From positions 928,001 through 992,000 of the forward strand of contig CBDDCK010000005.1 in NCBI GenBank assembly GCA_965225855.1: 64,000 nucleotides of DNA, written 5' to 3'. Within the stretch, counting starts at the first letter, position 1, and each line of letters opens with the position of its first letter. Below the pieces are notes generated by a model. That model searched no databases. It had not been told where the DNA came from and was given only the letters and a program-made list of their open reading frames with translations. Both the position numbers and the translations under genes were made by a program. Origin of the DNA: Spirochaetia bacterium (GTDB lineage: Bacteria; Spirochaetota; Spirochaetia; SP-2023). Shown here one piece after another: positions 21,046-32,003 of the stretch.

Positions 21046-21208
21046 TGATTCTCCTCTTATTTGATAGCTTGGTAAGACAGCGAGTATTTTGGCTTCTCGA
21101 TCGTTATTTTTGAAACGCTACGGGCAAGCTTATTTTCCGTATCAATTTATAAAGTTTATCGGCCTAACTGAAAACTATTGACTAAGAATTTTTATAAATT
21201 TTCTGCAA
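19402..21208. repeat. Copy 1 of ~1.8-kb direct repeat (metE 5' part + upstream region)
   Basis: Apparently identical to 26436..28242 (offset 7034 bp). Confidence 0.9.
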
Positions 21209-21709
21209 TACTTTTATGGTACAGTTTACCAAGCTGACAGTTAGCCCCTACGCCCTTGCATTACATTACAAATCGCCTTGGCCTGTTTTTTGCCAAGGAA
21301 GCAACCGTAAATTATAGCCTTAATAAAAATTTTTATAGCCTTGCTAATTGTTTTTTGCAAGGCTATTTTTACTTGTTGTAGCCTTGGATATTTTGATAGT
21401 AACGCTGAAGACACTTTCTTTTTGGTTAAAATGAATTAAGCTTGAGTTATTGCTAAACTTAACGTTTAGCCAAGTTTACGGTAGTTCCTACTAGAAAGTA
21501 AGCTCAAAAAAATTTTTTATTCTTGACAACTCAAATATCCTGCTCAATAATACTGTCCGTAGGAACGGAAAGCATTATTAGGTAAAAAATATGGGTCTAA
21601 TCCTAAGCAAAATTTACAATTAGTTTAAAATAAAAATTTACAATTAGTTTAAAATAAGTTAATAATATTTATTTTGAGTTGGTTTCTATTAAAAAATGAG
21701 GGAAACTCT

Positions 21710-22216
21710 ATGAATTATTTATTAAAATTACTTTCTGATTTTAATAATTATCTTTGTAAATTTCTTGTGAACCTTACTGGGCTTATTCTAGTGCTGATCT
21801 CGATTATTTTTTTCTATGCAGTATTGATGCGATATACTTTAAATAGTCCAGTTACTTGGAGTGAAGATGCTGCAAAGATTCTTATGGTCTGGATGATTCT
21901 CTTGGGAGCTCCTGTAGGGTTAAAAGCAGGGAATCATGTTTCTATTGATTTGTTGCTTGAAGAATTACCAGAGATATTAAGTAAACTCTTGAGAATTATT
22001 TCTGTTCTCCTGATTGTCTTTACCACAATAATTGTTCTGAAATATGGTTGGTCTTTTGCTTTGAGAGGAATGAGACGAATTGTCCCTAGTATTGATTGGA
22101 TGAAATTTGGAGTGGCTTATTTAGCCTTACCAGTAGGATACGGCTTGATGCTTCCAATTTGTTTTGAACAAATCCTTCGCCATATTGCTGAATTGTGTTG
22201 CGGTTATAAAAAATAA
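21710..22216 (+). CDS. TRAP transporter small permease (DctQ family)
   Basis: MRYTLNSPVTWSEDAAK...GNHVSIDLL; ATG 21710 after GAGGG. Confidence 0.9.
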   Translation: MNYLLKLLSDFNNYLCKFLVNLTGLILVLISIIFFYAVLMRYTLNSPVTWSEDAAKILMVWMILLGAPVGLKAGNHVSIDLLLEELPEILSKLLRIISVLLIVFTTIIVLKYGWSFALRGMRRIVPSIDWMKFGVAYLALPVGYGLMLPICFEQILRHIAELCCGYKK

Positions 22217-22231
22217 AGGAGATAAATTAAA

Positions 22232-23515
22232 ATGCCTTTGTATTTGATTATTGTTGTATGCTCTAGCTTTATTGGCTTGCCAATAGTATTTGCCTTAATT
22301 CTTGGACCGTTTGCCGATTTTTTGCTAAATGGTCAACAAGCAATATTAGAAACTTTAGTCCAACGAATTTTTTCTGGAATGCACAAATTTATCTTACTTG
22401 CAGTACCTCTTTTTATTTTAGCTGGTGAAATGATGAATCAAGGTGGAGTTACTATGCGGATAGTAAATCTTTCGCGCGCTATGGTAGGCCATTTTCATGG
22501 CGGCTTGGCGCAAGTTAATATTCTTGCCAGTATTCTTTTTGCTGGTTTGAGTGGATCCGCAGTTGCTGATACATCAGCCTTAGGTTCCATTTTGATCCCA
22601 TCTATGGAGGAAGACGGTTATCCTAAAGATTTTTCTGCTGCTGTTACTGCCGCCTCTTCTATAATCGGCCCGATAATACCACCCAGTATTATTATGATAG
22701 TTTATGCTTTTATAATGGAGGTATCTACTGGTGCGCTCTTTGCAGCAGGGATTCTGCCGGGTATAGTAATGGGTGTTGGACTTATGTTAATGACAAGAGT
22801 AATTGCAAAAAAAAGAAATTTTCCACGAAGTGTTCAAACTAATCTTGAAGAAAAATTCGTGGCAATAAAATCTGGCTTCCTGCCGATGTTAGCTCCTGTG
22901 ATTATTCTTGGTGGGATACTTTTCAGTATTGTATCTCCCACTGAAGCAGCTATTTTAGCTGTTGCATATGCCCTATTTCTTGGTCTATTTATAACAAAGG
23001 ATTTAAAAATAAAAACGATTCCTCAGATATTTAATAAAGCATCTATAGAATCTGGTGTCATTTTATTGGTTATTGGGTCTGCTGCAATGTTTGGATGGGT
23101 ATTAACGGTTACTCGAATCCCCCATATGTTAGCTACCTTTATTTTAGATTTAACAGAAAACAAATATTTTTTCTTAATTATAATGAACGTATTTCTTTTC
23201 CTAATTGGAATGTTTCTCGATGCAGGGCCAGCGATACTTATTTTAGGACCAATCCTTGGCCCAACATTTTTTGAATTGGGAATAAATCCAACTCATTTTG
23301 CAGTGGTTATGTGTGTCAATTTGACTGTAGGATTAACGACACCTCCTTTTGGATTAGTATTATTTGCTGCATCCGCAGTATCAAAACTCTCTGTAAAAAA
23401 GATTGTACGCCAAATGGTCCCCTACTGGTTCGTTCACATAATTGTAGTATTTATAATTACATTTGTGCCCGATCTATCTTTGACTTTACCAAAGTTATTA
23501 GGATTTTCAGTGTAG
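22232..23515 (+). CDS. TRAP transporter large permease (DctM family)
   Basis: LLAVPLFILAG, FAGLSGSAVAD, IIPPSI, TPPFG. Confidence 0.95.
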   Translation: MPLYLIIVVCSSFIGLPIVFALILGPFADFLLNGQQAILETLVQRIFSGMHKFILLAVPLFILAGEMMNQGGVTMRIVNLSRAMVGHFHGGLAQVNILASILFAGLSGSAVADTSALGSILIPSMEEDGYPKDFSAAVTAASSIIGPIIPPSIIMIVYAFIMEVSTGALFAAGILPGIVMGVGLMLMTRVIAKKRNFPRSVQTNLEEKFVAIKSGFLPMLAPVIILGGILFSIVSPTEAAILAVAYALFLGLFITKDLKIKTIPQIFNKASIESGVILLVIGSAAMFGWVLTVTRIPHMLATFILDLTENKYFFLIIMNVFLFLIGMFLDAGPAILILGPILGPTFFELGINPTHFAVVMCVNLTVGLTTPPFGLVLFAASAVSKLSVKKIVRQMVPYWFVHIIVVFIITFVPDLSLTLPKLLGFSV

Positions 23516-23578
23516 TATAAAATTATCCCAACCGTTTTTCAGTTGGGGAAATAAAAAATTCTAGGAGGTTATTTTATT

Positions 23579-24631
23579 ATGAATAACATCAATAAACTAT
23601 TTTTGCTAGCAATGATCGTATCATTGTTTGCTAGTCCATTCTTATTTGCCAGAGGCTCTAGCGGAGGGAAGGCTGAATCCTATACCTTAAAAATATCCCA
23701 TGCGGGGCCGGTATCAGAAGTAAATGATGACTATGTGGGTGCAAAAGCAATTAAAGATTATATAGAAGAAAAATCTAATGGTAAAATTTCTGTTGAGATT
23801 TATTCGGGAAGTCAGCTTGGCAATTATCAGGAAGTTATGGAACAAGTTGATTCGGGTGTCTTAGAAATTGCGCATACTTCGATTGGGGGCGTTACTCCAT
23901 TTATCCCTGAGCTAGCTGTTGTAGACTTGCAGTATATGATACCAGGAGATAAAGTTGTGGTAGAATTAATGGATGGGCCTTTCTTTGATGAAATGAATAC
24001 TGCTATTAAAAATGTATTGCCTAATGTAACACTTGCTGGTGTTTCAGACGGGGGACGATGGCGTTCTTTTTATACAACGAATACTGAAGTAAAATCTGCA
24101 AATGATTTAAAAGGATTGAAAATTCGGACGATAAATTCGCCACTACAGCAAGAATTTGCTAGACAACTTGGAGCGGCAGCTACCCCTGTAGCTTGGAGTG
24201 AAGTCTATACAGGCCTTGCTTCAGAGCTAGTTGTCGGACTTAAAATAGCTACTCCTGATATTATGTCTAATAACTTTGATGAAGTGATTCGCTTTGGTGT
24301 TTTAGATCGGCATACATTTCTTTTTGGATTCTATTTTATCAGTGATCAATTTATGAATAGTATGCCTAAAGACCTTCAGAATATTGTTATGCAAGGCGTT
24401 GAATACGGAACAAAACAGCAGACAGCCTTTAACCAAGCCAGGGAAGAACAAGCCAATAAGGAATTTATCCAGGGAGGTGGTGCCATTCATGAATTGACGG
24501 AAGCTGAAAGAGCTACATTTCTTCCTGCAAGAGAGGCCATGAAGAGTTGGTATATAAATAAATATGGTACCAAATGGCTAAACTCATTTGAAAGTGCCAT
24601 AGAAATAGCAAAAGCGGCAGTGGCAAAATAA
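23579..24631 (+). CDS. TRAP substrate-binding protein (DctP family)
   Basis: Signal peptide; EEKSNGKISVEIY..SQLG, DLKGLKIR. Confidence 0.92.
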   Translation: MNNINKLFLLAMIVSLFASPFLFARGSSGGKAESYTLKISHAGPVSEVNDDYVGAKAIKDYIEEKSNGKISVEIYSGSQLGNYQEVMEQVDSGVLEIAHTSIGGVTPFIPELAVVDLQYMIPGDKVVVELMDGPFFDEMNTAIKNVLPNVTLAGVSDGGRWRSFYTTNTEVKSANDLKGLKIRTINSPLQQEFARQLGAAATPVAWSEVYTGLASELVVGLKIATPDIMSNNFDEVIRFGVLDRHTFLFGFYFISDQFMNSMPKDLQNIVMQGVEYGTKQQTAFNQAREEQANKEFIQGGGAIHELTEAERATFLPAREAMKSWYINKYGTKWLNSFESAIEIAKAAVAK

Positions 24632-24692
24632 AGTAGCAACAAGATTTACAAGAGAGGCCAAATTGTAATTTGGCCTCAAAAAGGAGCGATAT

Positions 24693-25784
24693 ATGAAAGC
24701 GATGGGATTCCCACTCATATATAAACAGGGTAGTAATCTGGTTGATTCTTTAGGAGAGCATGTACGACTTTTTGGAACAAAAGCTTTTATTGTTGCCGAT
24801 CAGTTTATTAGAGATTCATATGGGAAAAAATTGGCCGATGCTTTGAATAAAGAAAGTATTGAGACAGTGTTTGTTGATTTTTCAGGCCAAACGGCACCAT
24901 CAGAGTTGGAGCGATTACGCCAAATATCACAGGAAAATGCTTGCGATTTTGTTATTGGCTTTGGTGGAGGGAAGGCTCAAGATGCGGCAAAAGTCGTCAA
25001 AAAAGAACAGGGTATTCCTGTCGTGATTATTCCCACAATTGCATCTAATGACGCAGCCACCAGCCGGCTTGCAATAACTTATACCGAAGATGGTAAATTT
25101 CTAGGGCCAATCTTGCTTCCTACAAATCCCGATGCTATTATTGTGGATACATCAATCATAATAAATGCACCTGTTCGTTTTTTTATTGCTGGTATTAGTG
25201 ATGCATTAGCTACATATTTTGAAGCTTTCCAATGTAATTCTTCTGGCGTGAAAAATTTTTTCAATGGTCGGCAAACGGAAACAGCATTTGCTTTAGCAGA
25301 AAAATGTTTTCAACTTATATCGGAAAATGCAGAGCAAGCTGTGGCCGCAGTTAAAAATAAGGAGCTCACGGACTCGGTAGAAAGGGTTATTGAAGCAAAC
25401 GTATTGTTAAGTGGACTGGGCTTTGAAGGATGTGGCGTTGCCGCTGCACATGCGATTTCACAAGGATTTACTCTGATACCACAATTACACGGTAATCTCC
25501 ACGGTGAAGAAGTTGCGGTTGGGCTACTTTCCCAGTTCGTATTGGAAGAAAGAGACGAAACATTTTTACAGTCTATGTTTGATTTCTACCGCCGTATAGG
25601 TATTCCCAATAGTCTTAGATCTTTGGGGTTGTTGGAACCGAGCAACGAACATTATCAGATTATTGCTCAATTTGCTTGCCGAGATAATAGCCGCATATTT
25701 AATATGGACAAAGAGATTACTATTCCTCTGGTAATAGATGCGCTCAAAAAGACCGAGTATTTAGCACAAGAATACAAAAATTAG
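24693..25784 (+). CDS. gldA: Glycerol dehydrogenase-family metal-dependent alcohol dehydrogenase
   Basis: GFGGGKAQD, PTIASNDA, SGLGFE..GVAAAH, HGEEVA. Confidence 0.8.
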   Translation: MKAMGFPLIYKQGSNLVDSLGEHVRLFGTKAFIVADQFIRDSYGKKLADALNKESIETVFVDFSGQTAPSELERLRQISQENACDFVIGFGGGKAQDAAKVVKKEQGIPVVIIPTIASNDAATSRLAITYTEDGKFLGPILLPTNPDAIIVDTSIIINAPVRFFIAGISDALATYFEAFQCNSSGVKNFFNGRQTETAFALAEKCFQLISENAEQAVAAVKNKELTDSVERVIEANVLLSGLGFEGCGVAAAHAISQGFTLIPQLHGNLHGEEVAVGLLSQFVLEERDETFLQSMFDFYRRIGIPNSLRSLGLLEPSNEHYQIIAQFACRDNSRIFNMDKEITIPLVIDALKKTEYLAQEYKN

Positions 25785-25925
25785 CTATATATTTAGATTC
25801 AAATCACCTTCTAGGTTAGTAGCAAAAAATACCAAACTATGATTAATGTCTCTACCAAGCTGGTAGCTTTTATTATTACAAAAAATTTAGGTAAGGCCTA
25901 TTGCGTTGTTTACAAAAACTTTGCC

Positions 25926-28079
25926 CTACAGTTTGTTAAGCTCATTTTGTAGGGAATCAAATTCTTGTTGCTGTTGCTCTAGTTGCTCTTCTACACGGTG
26001 GACGCTAGCCAGTATTTCATTGCGCATTTGTTCGTGCGCTTGCTGGCTTTGCTCTTGCATAAATGCACTGTAGTTTTGCTCTATGTTGCTGCGGCAGTTG
26101 CTAAAGTATTGCTCTAGCTGGTGCTTGGCCTCGGTTTCAAACTGCTGTTGAATAGCTTGCATGTTCTCTTTGAGCTTTTCCATGCTAAAGGTAATGTCAT
26201 GGTTGTTTGGGTCTTGCTTCATTACGCCTTTGCCCCGCTGGTTGCCCTTGCCTTCAAAGGTGATGGGCGGTGCGCTAAATTGCAGTAGCATCCAGTCTTG
26301 TACTTGGGTTGGCGCAATTTCTTGAGTACCATCTTCTGGCTGGGGCTCTGCGCCATATTTGGTTGGGCTGGGGCCATTACCCCCTAGCTGCTCGGTCAAT
26401 AGCTGCTGAAACGGTGTGCGGTACTGCCCTAGTAGCTGTTGGGCAAAGGTCATCCAATCAACTGTCATTGCCTTGGCGCGCGCTATATCTCCATAAATTA
26501 CCGGCGGGCGTACACAACGCGAACCGTAGGATTGCACCCAGCCGTTACTGGTAAAAGCCAAGCCCGAAAGCTGCTCGCCAAAATATTCCACCATATCGGT
26601 GCGTTCAAACTCACCATGAACCAGCACATCTAGCCCTAAATCTTGTTGGAGTTGAATACATTTTTGGGTTTCTTGTTCTAAGAAATCATGATATTGCTGT
26701 TGGCTAATTTCCCCTTTGCGGCAAGCGCTGCGTTTTTTGCGCACTTCCGCTGTTTGCGGGAAAGAGCCAATGGTTGTGGTTGGAAACAAGGGAAGCCCTA
26801 ATTTCTGCACTTGTTTTTTGCGCCGCTCGCTAAAAACGCTGTTGCGCTGGGTATCTTTTGGGCTAATAGCCGAAACGCGTTGTTGCACGCTAGGGTTGTT
26901 GATAATGCTAGAGCTTTTGCGATCTTCAATGGCAGCATTACTGACTTCCAAAGCTTGCGTTATATCTTGGCCATCTAAGCCTTTGGCTAGAGTAACAATC
27001 TCATCGAGTTTCTGGCGAGCAAAGGCTAACTGTTGGTATACTTCTGGTTGTAAATGGCCTTGTTCATGCCTTAAATCCACTGGGCTGTGCAGTAGTGAAC
27101 AAGAAGAGCTAACGATCAAACGTTCTGGACCTATTTTGTCTACTATATTTTGCAGTAAGGCCAAAGACTTACCCAGCTTATTGCGCCAAATATTGCGGCC
27201 GTTAACGATACCAGCAGAAACTTTAACTGCTTCGGGCAGCTTGCCTAGTATTGCGTTAAGCTCAGCTTGACTGTGGTTGATTAAATCTAGGTGCAGGGTT
27301 GCAATCCCTTGGTTTACCACCAATTCGGCATTTTCACGCAGTGGCGCAAAGTAACTGCTTACAAATAATTTGGCTTTACTAGCTAGCAAACCATAGGCTT
27401 TGCGGTAGGCCTCTTTGGCTGCATCGTCTAAATCCAAAGCTAAAAATGGCTCTTCAATCTGTACTTGTTGGTATTCGGCAAGCTCGGCTAGCAACTGTTG
27501 ATATACAGCTAACAAAGTATCCAAAAGCTGTAACGGTTGGTCCAAGCCTTTGCTAAGCAATAAAAAGCTTACGGGCCCTAACACTACTGGGCGAATTTTG
27601 GCTTTCGTCCCAATAGTATTTTGGGCTTCTTGCAGTAGCTGTTTTACGGTGGAGCTGTCTAATTGGAATTTTTGCCCTGCTACTAATTCTGGTACAATGT
27701 TGTGGTAATTGGTATCAAACCACTTGGTCATCTCCATGGCCGCTACATCAATGCCATCTTGCTGGCGGCCACGGGCCATTGCAAAGAATAGGTCTAACGG
27801 TTGCTCTAGTTTACTTTCAATATCTTGGTAGCGTTGCGGAATTGCTCGCAACATACAAATGGTATTGAGCACGTGGTCATAAAAGCTAAAATCACCTACC
27901 GGGATTTCGGTTACTCCAGCTTCCAGCATAGCAGCATAGTTGCTTTGGCGCACTCTGGCCGCTGCATCTTGTAATGCTGAAATACTAGACTTACCTTTCC
28001 AATAGGCTTCTTGGGCACGTTTTAGCTCACGTTTAGCCCCAATGCGGGGGTAGCCGAGTATGGTTGTTGCTATAGACAT
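25926..28079 (-). pseudogene. Chimeric ORF: first ~548 aa of MetE fused in frame to ~169 unrelated coiled-coil residues; lacks the Zn-binding catalytic end
   Basis: Identical to metE up to ...WMTFAQQ, then LLGQYRTP...; no HxC/E/C ligands. Confidence 0.8.
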
Positions 28080-28242
28080 TGATTCTCCTCTTATTTGATA
28101 GCTTGGTAAGACAGCGAGTATTTTGGCTTCTCGATCGTTATTTTTGAAACGCTACGGGCAAGCTTATTTTCCGTATCAATTTATAAAGTTTATCGGCCTA
28201 ACTGAAAACTATTGACTAAGAATTTTTATAAATTTTCTGCAA
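26436..28242. repeat. Copy 2 of ~1.8-kb direct repeat
   Basis: Matches 19402..21208. Confidence 0.9.
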
Positions 28243-28477
28243 AGCTTGTACTACGAGGCTATTGGCTAGCAACGAGTGTAGTGCTGTTGATAGATTATTT
28301 TCGCTGTAGATTGACCGGTTTTAAAGTTACTCGCAGAACTTAATGGGCTTGCGAACAACAGCCATACTTTGGTTATACTACTAGCTATCCAGCTGGCCGC
28401 CATAGCCTTGGCTTTCGCTAAAGTAGTGCTTTGTTTTGTGGAATTGCTAAGTTTATTGTTAAAAATTATATAAGATG

Positions 28478-28591
28478 TTATTGTTTTCTAACAACTACAA
28501 GGGAAGCCAACAACGCCGTGCGTCCATTGCCATCTGCAAACGGTTCGATTAGGCTAAAGCGGTGGTGTGCAACGGCGCACGAAATAATTAT
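28478..28591 (-). pseudogene. Fic-domain fragment
   Basis: Manual translation IIISCAVAHHRFSLIEPFADGNGRTALLASLVVVRKQ*; Fic motif HPFxDGNGR with H>E, no start codon. Confidence 0.7.
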
Positions 28592-28592
28592 A

Positions 28593-29903
28593 CTATCGAT
28601 CATAATTGATATTATTGTTCAATTCTGTCAAAGTGATGGCTGCGCTGCCTAGGCAAATATCACCCCGATAGAATACCGCAAATTGGCCAGGTGCTACCCC
28701 TCTATCGCCCCGTTCCATCACTACATGCCAGCAATCATTCAATTGCTGTAACTGGCAGGCTATCTTAGTGGGGCCGTGGCGCAGTTTTAATTGCAACGGC
28801 CCTAATGCTAGGCTGTGCCAAGCAAAATTGCTCTGTAGCCAGTGGGGCTGTTCTACCCAAAAGCTGCGCAATAACTGGGAATCACTGTACTGTCGGCTAA
28901 CATATAAGCGGTTTTCTAGCATATCCTTAGCACAGACATACCAAGGGCCACCGCTCAAGCCCAAACCCTGACGCTGCCCTATAGTATGGAACCATAGCCC
29001 CCTATGCTGGCCCAATTCTCGGTTTGTTTCCAGCTCTACAATTGGGCCTAGTTTTTCCCCAAGGTATTGTTTGGCAAAGTCCCGAAATTTAATCTTACCC
29101 AAAAAGCAAATGCCTTGGCTATCTTTGCGTTGCGCGGTAGCCAAGCCCCAATATTGGGCCAAACTGCGCACTTCAGCTTTATACAAACACCCTAAAGGAA
29201 ACAATAGATTTTGCAATTGAGATTGCCCTAAACGGGAAAGAAAATAACTTTGATCCTTTACCAAGTCTGGAGCTTGTTGTAACAATATTTCGTTCGTTAT
29301 ATCTTTCTGATTCAAGCTAGAATAGGCATTCATTAGCTGGCTAATGCGAACTAATAAAGCATAGTGCCCACTGGCGACTAAAGGCTGTAAGGCTTTATCA
29401 TTACTTGGCTTTAACTGCTGTAAGAATGCACCAAATTTAACGCCCTCGTTGCAAAACAAATCTGGGCTTGGTGTGCGCCCCTTGCAAAGCTCATCAATAG
29501 TGTAAGATACCACATAATCGTAGTATTGTTGTTGTAAGGGCAGTACCTGTAAAGGTATATCTAATTGCTCGCAAACTGCGGCGGCATAGCTTAAATCGTC
29601 TTCCCAAGGGCATTCACCTAGGAACTGTGCGTCTTCTTGAAGCCAGATTTTTAAATAGTAGGCCGTTAGTTTTTGGCAACCATAGTTTTTTAAGCTAGCT
29701 AGCACTACCGAGCTATCTACCCCGCCAGAAAGCAATACAGCTATTTCGCGCCGGTGGTCTAAACCATAAGTTTGGCTCAAATAATGCTCTAGTTTCGCTA
29801 CTATCTCCATGGGGTTTGCAAGGCTGGGCGTGGCTAGCTCGCCCGCATAATTTGTTTGTGTATCTGTAAAACTGAGTTGTCTACTTGAGTAATTTTCTTT
29901 CAT
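28593..29903 (-). CDS. mnmA: tRNA 2-thiouridylase
   Basis: LLSGGVDSSV, GRTPSPDLFCN, SGHYA, KDQSYFL, KDSQGICF, APGQ. Confidence 0.95.
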   Translation of the reverse strand: MKENYSSRQLSFTDTQTNYAGELATPSLANPMEIVAKLEHYLSQTYGLDHRREIAVLLSGGVDSSVVLASLKNYGCQKLTAYYLKIWLQEDAQFLGECPWEDDLSYAAAVCEQLDIPLQVLPLQQQYYDYVVSYTIDELCKGRTPSPDLFCNEGVKFGAFLQQLKPSNDKALQPLVASGHYALLVRISQLMNAYSSLNQKDITNEILLQQAPDLVKDQSYFLSRLGQSQLQNLLFPLGCLYKAEVRSLAQYWGLATAQRKDSQGICFLGKIKFRDFAKQYLGEKLGPIVELETNRELGQHRGLWFHTIGQRQGLGLSGGPWYVCAKDMLENRLYVSRQYSDSQLLRSFWVEQPHWLQSNFAWHSLALGPLQLKLRHGPTKIACQLQQLNDCWHVVMERGDRGVAPGQFAVFYRGDICLGSAAITLTELNNNINYDR

Positions 29904-29928
29904 TTGGGGGTATTTCTTCCAACAGGCT

Positions 29929-31230
29929 TTAACTTATACCCGTGTTCTTAGCCTTGTTTGTAGATTTCTTGCAGGGCTTTTTGGGGCTGAACTTTGGCCT
30001 TTGGCGGTCAATCATTTGGCCATATTTTTTGACAATCAAGCGCGGTTCAAAGGGCAGACCCTGACCCATAAACAAATGCTTACAAGCCGTCCATACCTCT
30101 ACATTAGGAGTATTGAGATCATTTAGACATTCCTTTATCTGCAAGTAAGCTGCAAGTGTACGCTCTTCATCACCCATAGCTTGCAAGCGTTGCCACTGGA
30201 ACGAATGCTGAAAGTAGGCAGCAAGCAAATAAGAGAGCCCAATACCCAGTAAATGCTTGCCCAAATGGCCTTCAACTAGGAGCGGTTCCTCCATTTTACT
30301 TGGCTCTTTATATCCCCCGTGTTGCCTATATGCTAATTTCTTTAGTTTTAACTCGGCTTGAAGTGATTGTACTTGATTGTGCTGTTGCAAGCATTTCTGC
30401 CACACTAGCATATTCTTAGTAAAGCTCGCTTTATAGCTATTCGGTAACTTCTTTAGAGCTAAACAAGGTAGCATAATCTCTAAAATACCAAACTGCTGTA
30501 AGTCTTTCATAATCTGGTGGCACTGTTCAGAATAAAGTATCTTATTGAGCTCTTCTGACAAGCGGGATTTGGAGCAACTGTAGAGCAAGTTAGCATCGCG
30601 TCTCAATTGCAATATAATCTTTTTTGGTATCTTGAAACCGGCCTTTGCAGCATACTTAATACAGCGAATAATGCGCACTGGGTCTTCTTTAAATATTTTA
30701 GGTAAGGCAATAATGTTGCGTATTTGCCGCTTGCGGAAGTCCGCCATAGCCCCGATAAAATCTAAAATTTGTTCTTTATTTAAATCATAATACAAGGCAT
30801 TGGCCGTAAAATCTCGGCGTTGCACGTCTTCTTCAATCGTACCATACAAGTGGTTATGGTCGCTAGAATCCAAAGAGCGAAAAGTAATAACTTCAATAAT
30901 ATCACCGCCTTTATAAAAGACGTGCACCAAACGAAACCTTTTGCCAATAATGCGCGAATTGCGGATAATTTTGCGGATTTCTGAAGGCGCAGCATTGGTA
31001 ACTATATCAAAGTCTTTAGGTTGTTGGCCCAACAGTAAATCTCGAATCGCACCGCCAACAAGGTAACTATCATAGCCATGCAGCTTTAGCTGACTAGCAA
31101 TTTGAAACACCCTATCATCAATTTTCTTATTATCAATTTGATGATCTTGTGCAAAATATACATCGGCCACCCTAACGGCCTTACCTTGTTCATTGTGGCT
31201 ATATCTGCCAACTTTAGAAAGCTTTAGCAT
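29929..31230 (-). CDS. pcnB: Poly(A) polymerase I
   Basis: VGGAIRDLL, KDFDI, IIGKRFRLVHV, RRDFTANALYY, EDPVRIIR. Confidence 0.9.
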   Translation of the reverse strand: MLKLSKVGRYSHNEQGKAVRVADVYFAQDHQIDNKKIDDRVFQIASQLKLHGYDSYLVGGAIRDLLLGQQPKDFDIVTNAAPSEIRKIIRNSRIIGKRFRLVHVFYKGGDIIEVITFRSLDSSDHNHLYGTIEEDVQRRDFTANALYYDLNKEQILDFIGAMADFRKRQIRNIIALPKIFKEDPVRIIRCIKYAAKAGFKIPKKIILQLRRDANLLYSCSKSRLSEELNKILYSEQCHQIMKDLQQFGILEIMLPCLALKKLPNSYKASFTKNMLVWQKCLQQHNQVQSLQAELKLKKLAYRQHGGYKEPSKMEEPLLVEGHLGKHLLGIGLSYLLAAYFQHSFQWQRLQAMGDEERTLAAYLQIKECLNDLNTPNVEVWTACKHLFMGQGLPFEPRLIVKKYGQMIDRQRPKFSPKKPCKKSTNKAKNTGIS

Positions 31231-31613
31231 AAATTCTAATATATAACCCTAACTAATAACCCTAACTAACTACAAGTTTAAGGTGCAGATAGTACTGGTT
31301 AAGCACTATGGAAACAATACAAAAACTGCTTCATATAGCAAAAAAGGCCCTTTCTACACCCCCTAGATTTACAGAATAATTACCTACCAAGGCCAACACC
31401 CTTAAGCCTTTTGATTGGCATGGATTTTGAACCACCTTACAACACTAAAACACAAATAACACACAAAAAAAGTGCCCAAACATAAAAAAAGCACAAAAAA
31501 TCTTACAAAAAGCCTTATATGGGCCTTGACTCAATTCCCCCTAACACAATAGGGCGCTATATACTAGCCCGTATGGCTTGGCAAATCTTTATCCATTTTT
31601 GGAGGTATTGCTT

Positions 31614-31811
31614 ATGTATAAGCACAAACTACTTTTATTGCCTGTAGCTTGGCTATTGGCTTTTATGGCCTTTCCCTGCGCCCCACCCGATGACGATAAG
31701 CCATCTTCTGGGCCGTCTGGGCCGACTATTAATAAGGCCATCTACGATGTTGGCACGGCTCTGCTAACTTTACAAGGTACTTACTTAGGTAGTGCGACCC
31801 AAATCTATTGA
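31614..31811 (+). pseudogene. Truncated paralogue of the modular lipoprotein
   Basis: Same leader and signal peptide as 32469 and 50265 genes; stops at a tandem repeat after ~65 aa. Confidence 0.8.
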
Positions 31812-31975
31812 TAGAATTACCTCTCACCTATTGATAGAATTGACTTAAATCTATTGATAGAATTACCTCTCACCTATTGATAGAATTGACCTAAATCTAT
31901 CAATAGAATTACCTCCCACCTATTAATAGAATTGACCTAAATCTATCAATAGATTTACCTCCCACCTATTGATAC
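31801..31975. repeat. ~3.8 x 46-bp tandem repeat of palindromic CTATTGATAG boxes
   Basis: aaatctattgatagaattacctctcacctattgatagaattgactt at 31801, 31847, 31893, 31939. Confidence 0.85.
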
Positions 31976-32003
31976 CCTAGTCTTTAATGAAATTTTCTAC
32001 ATC

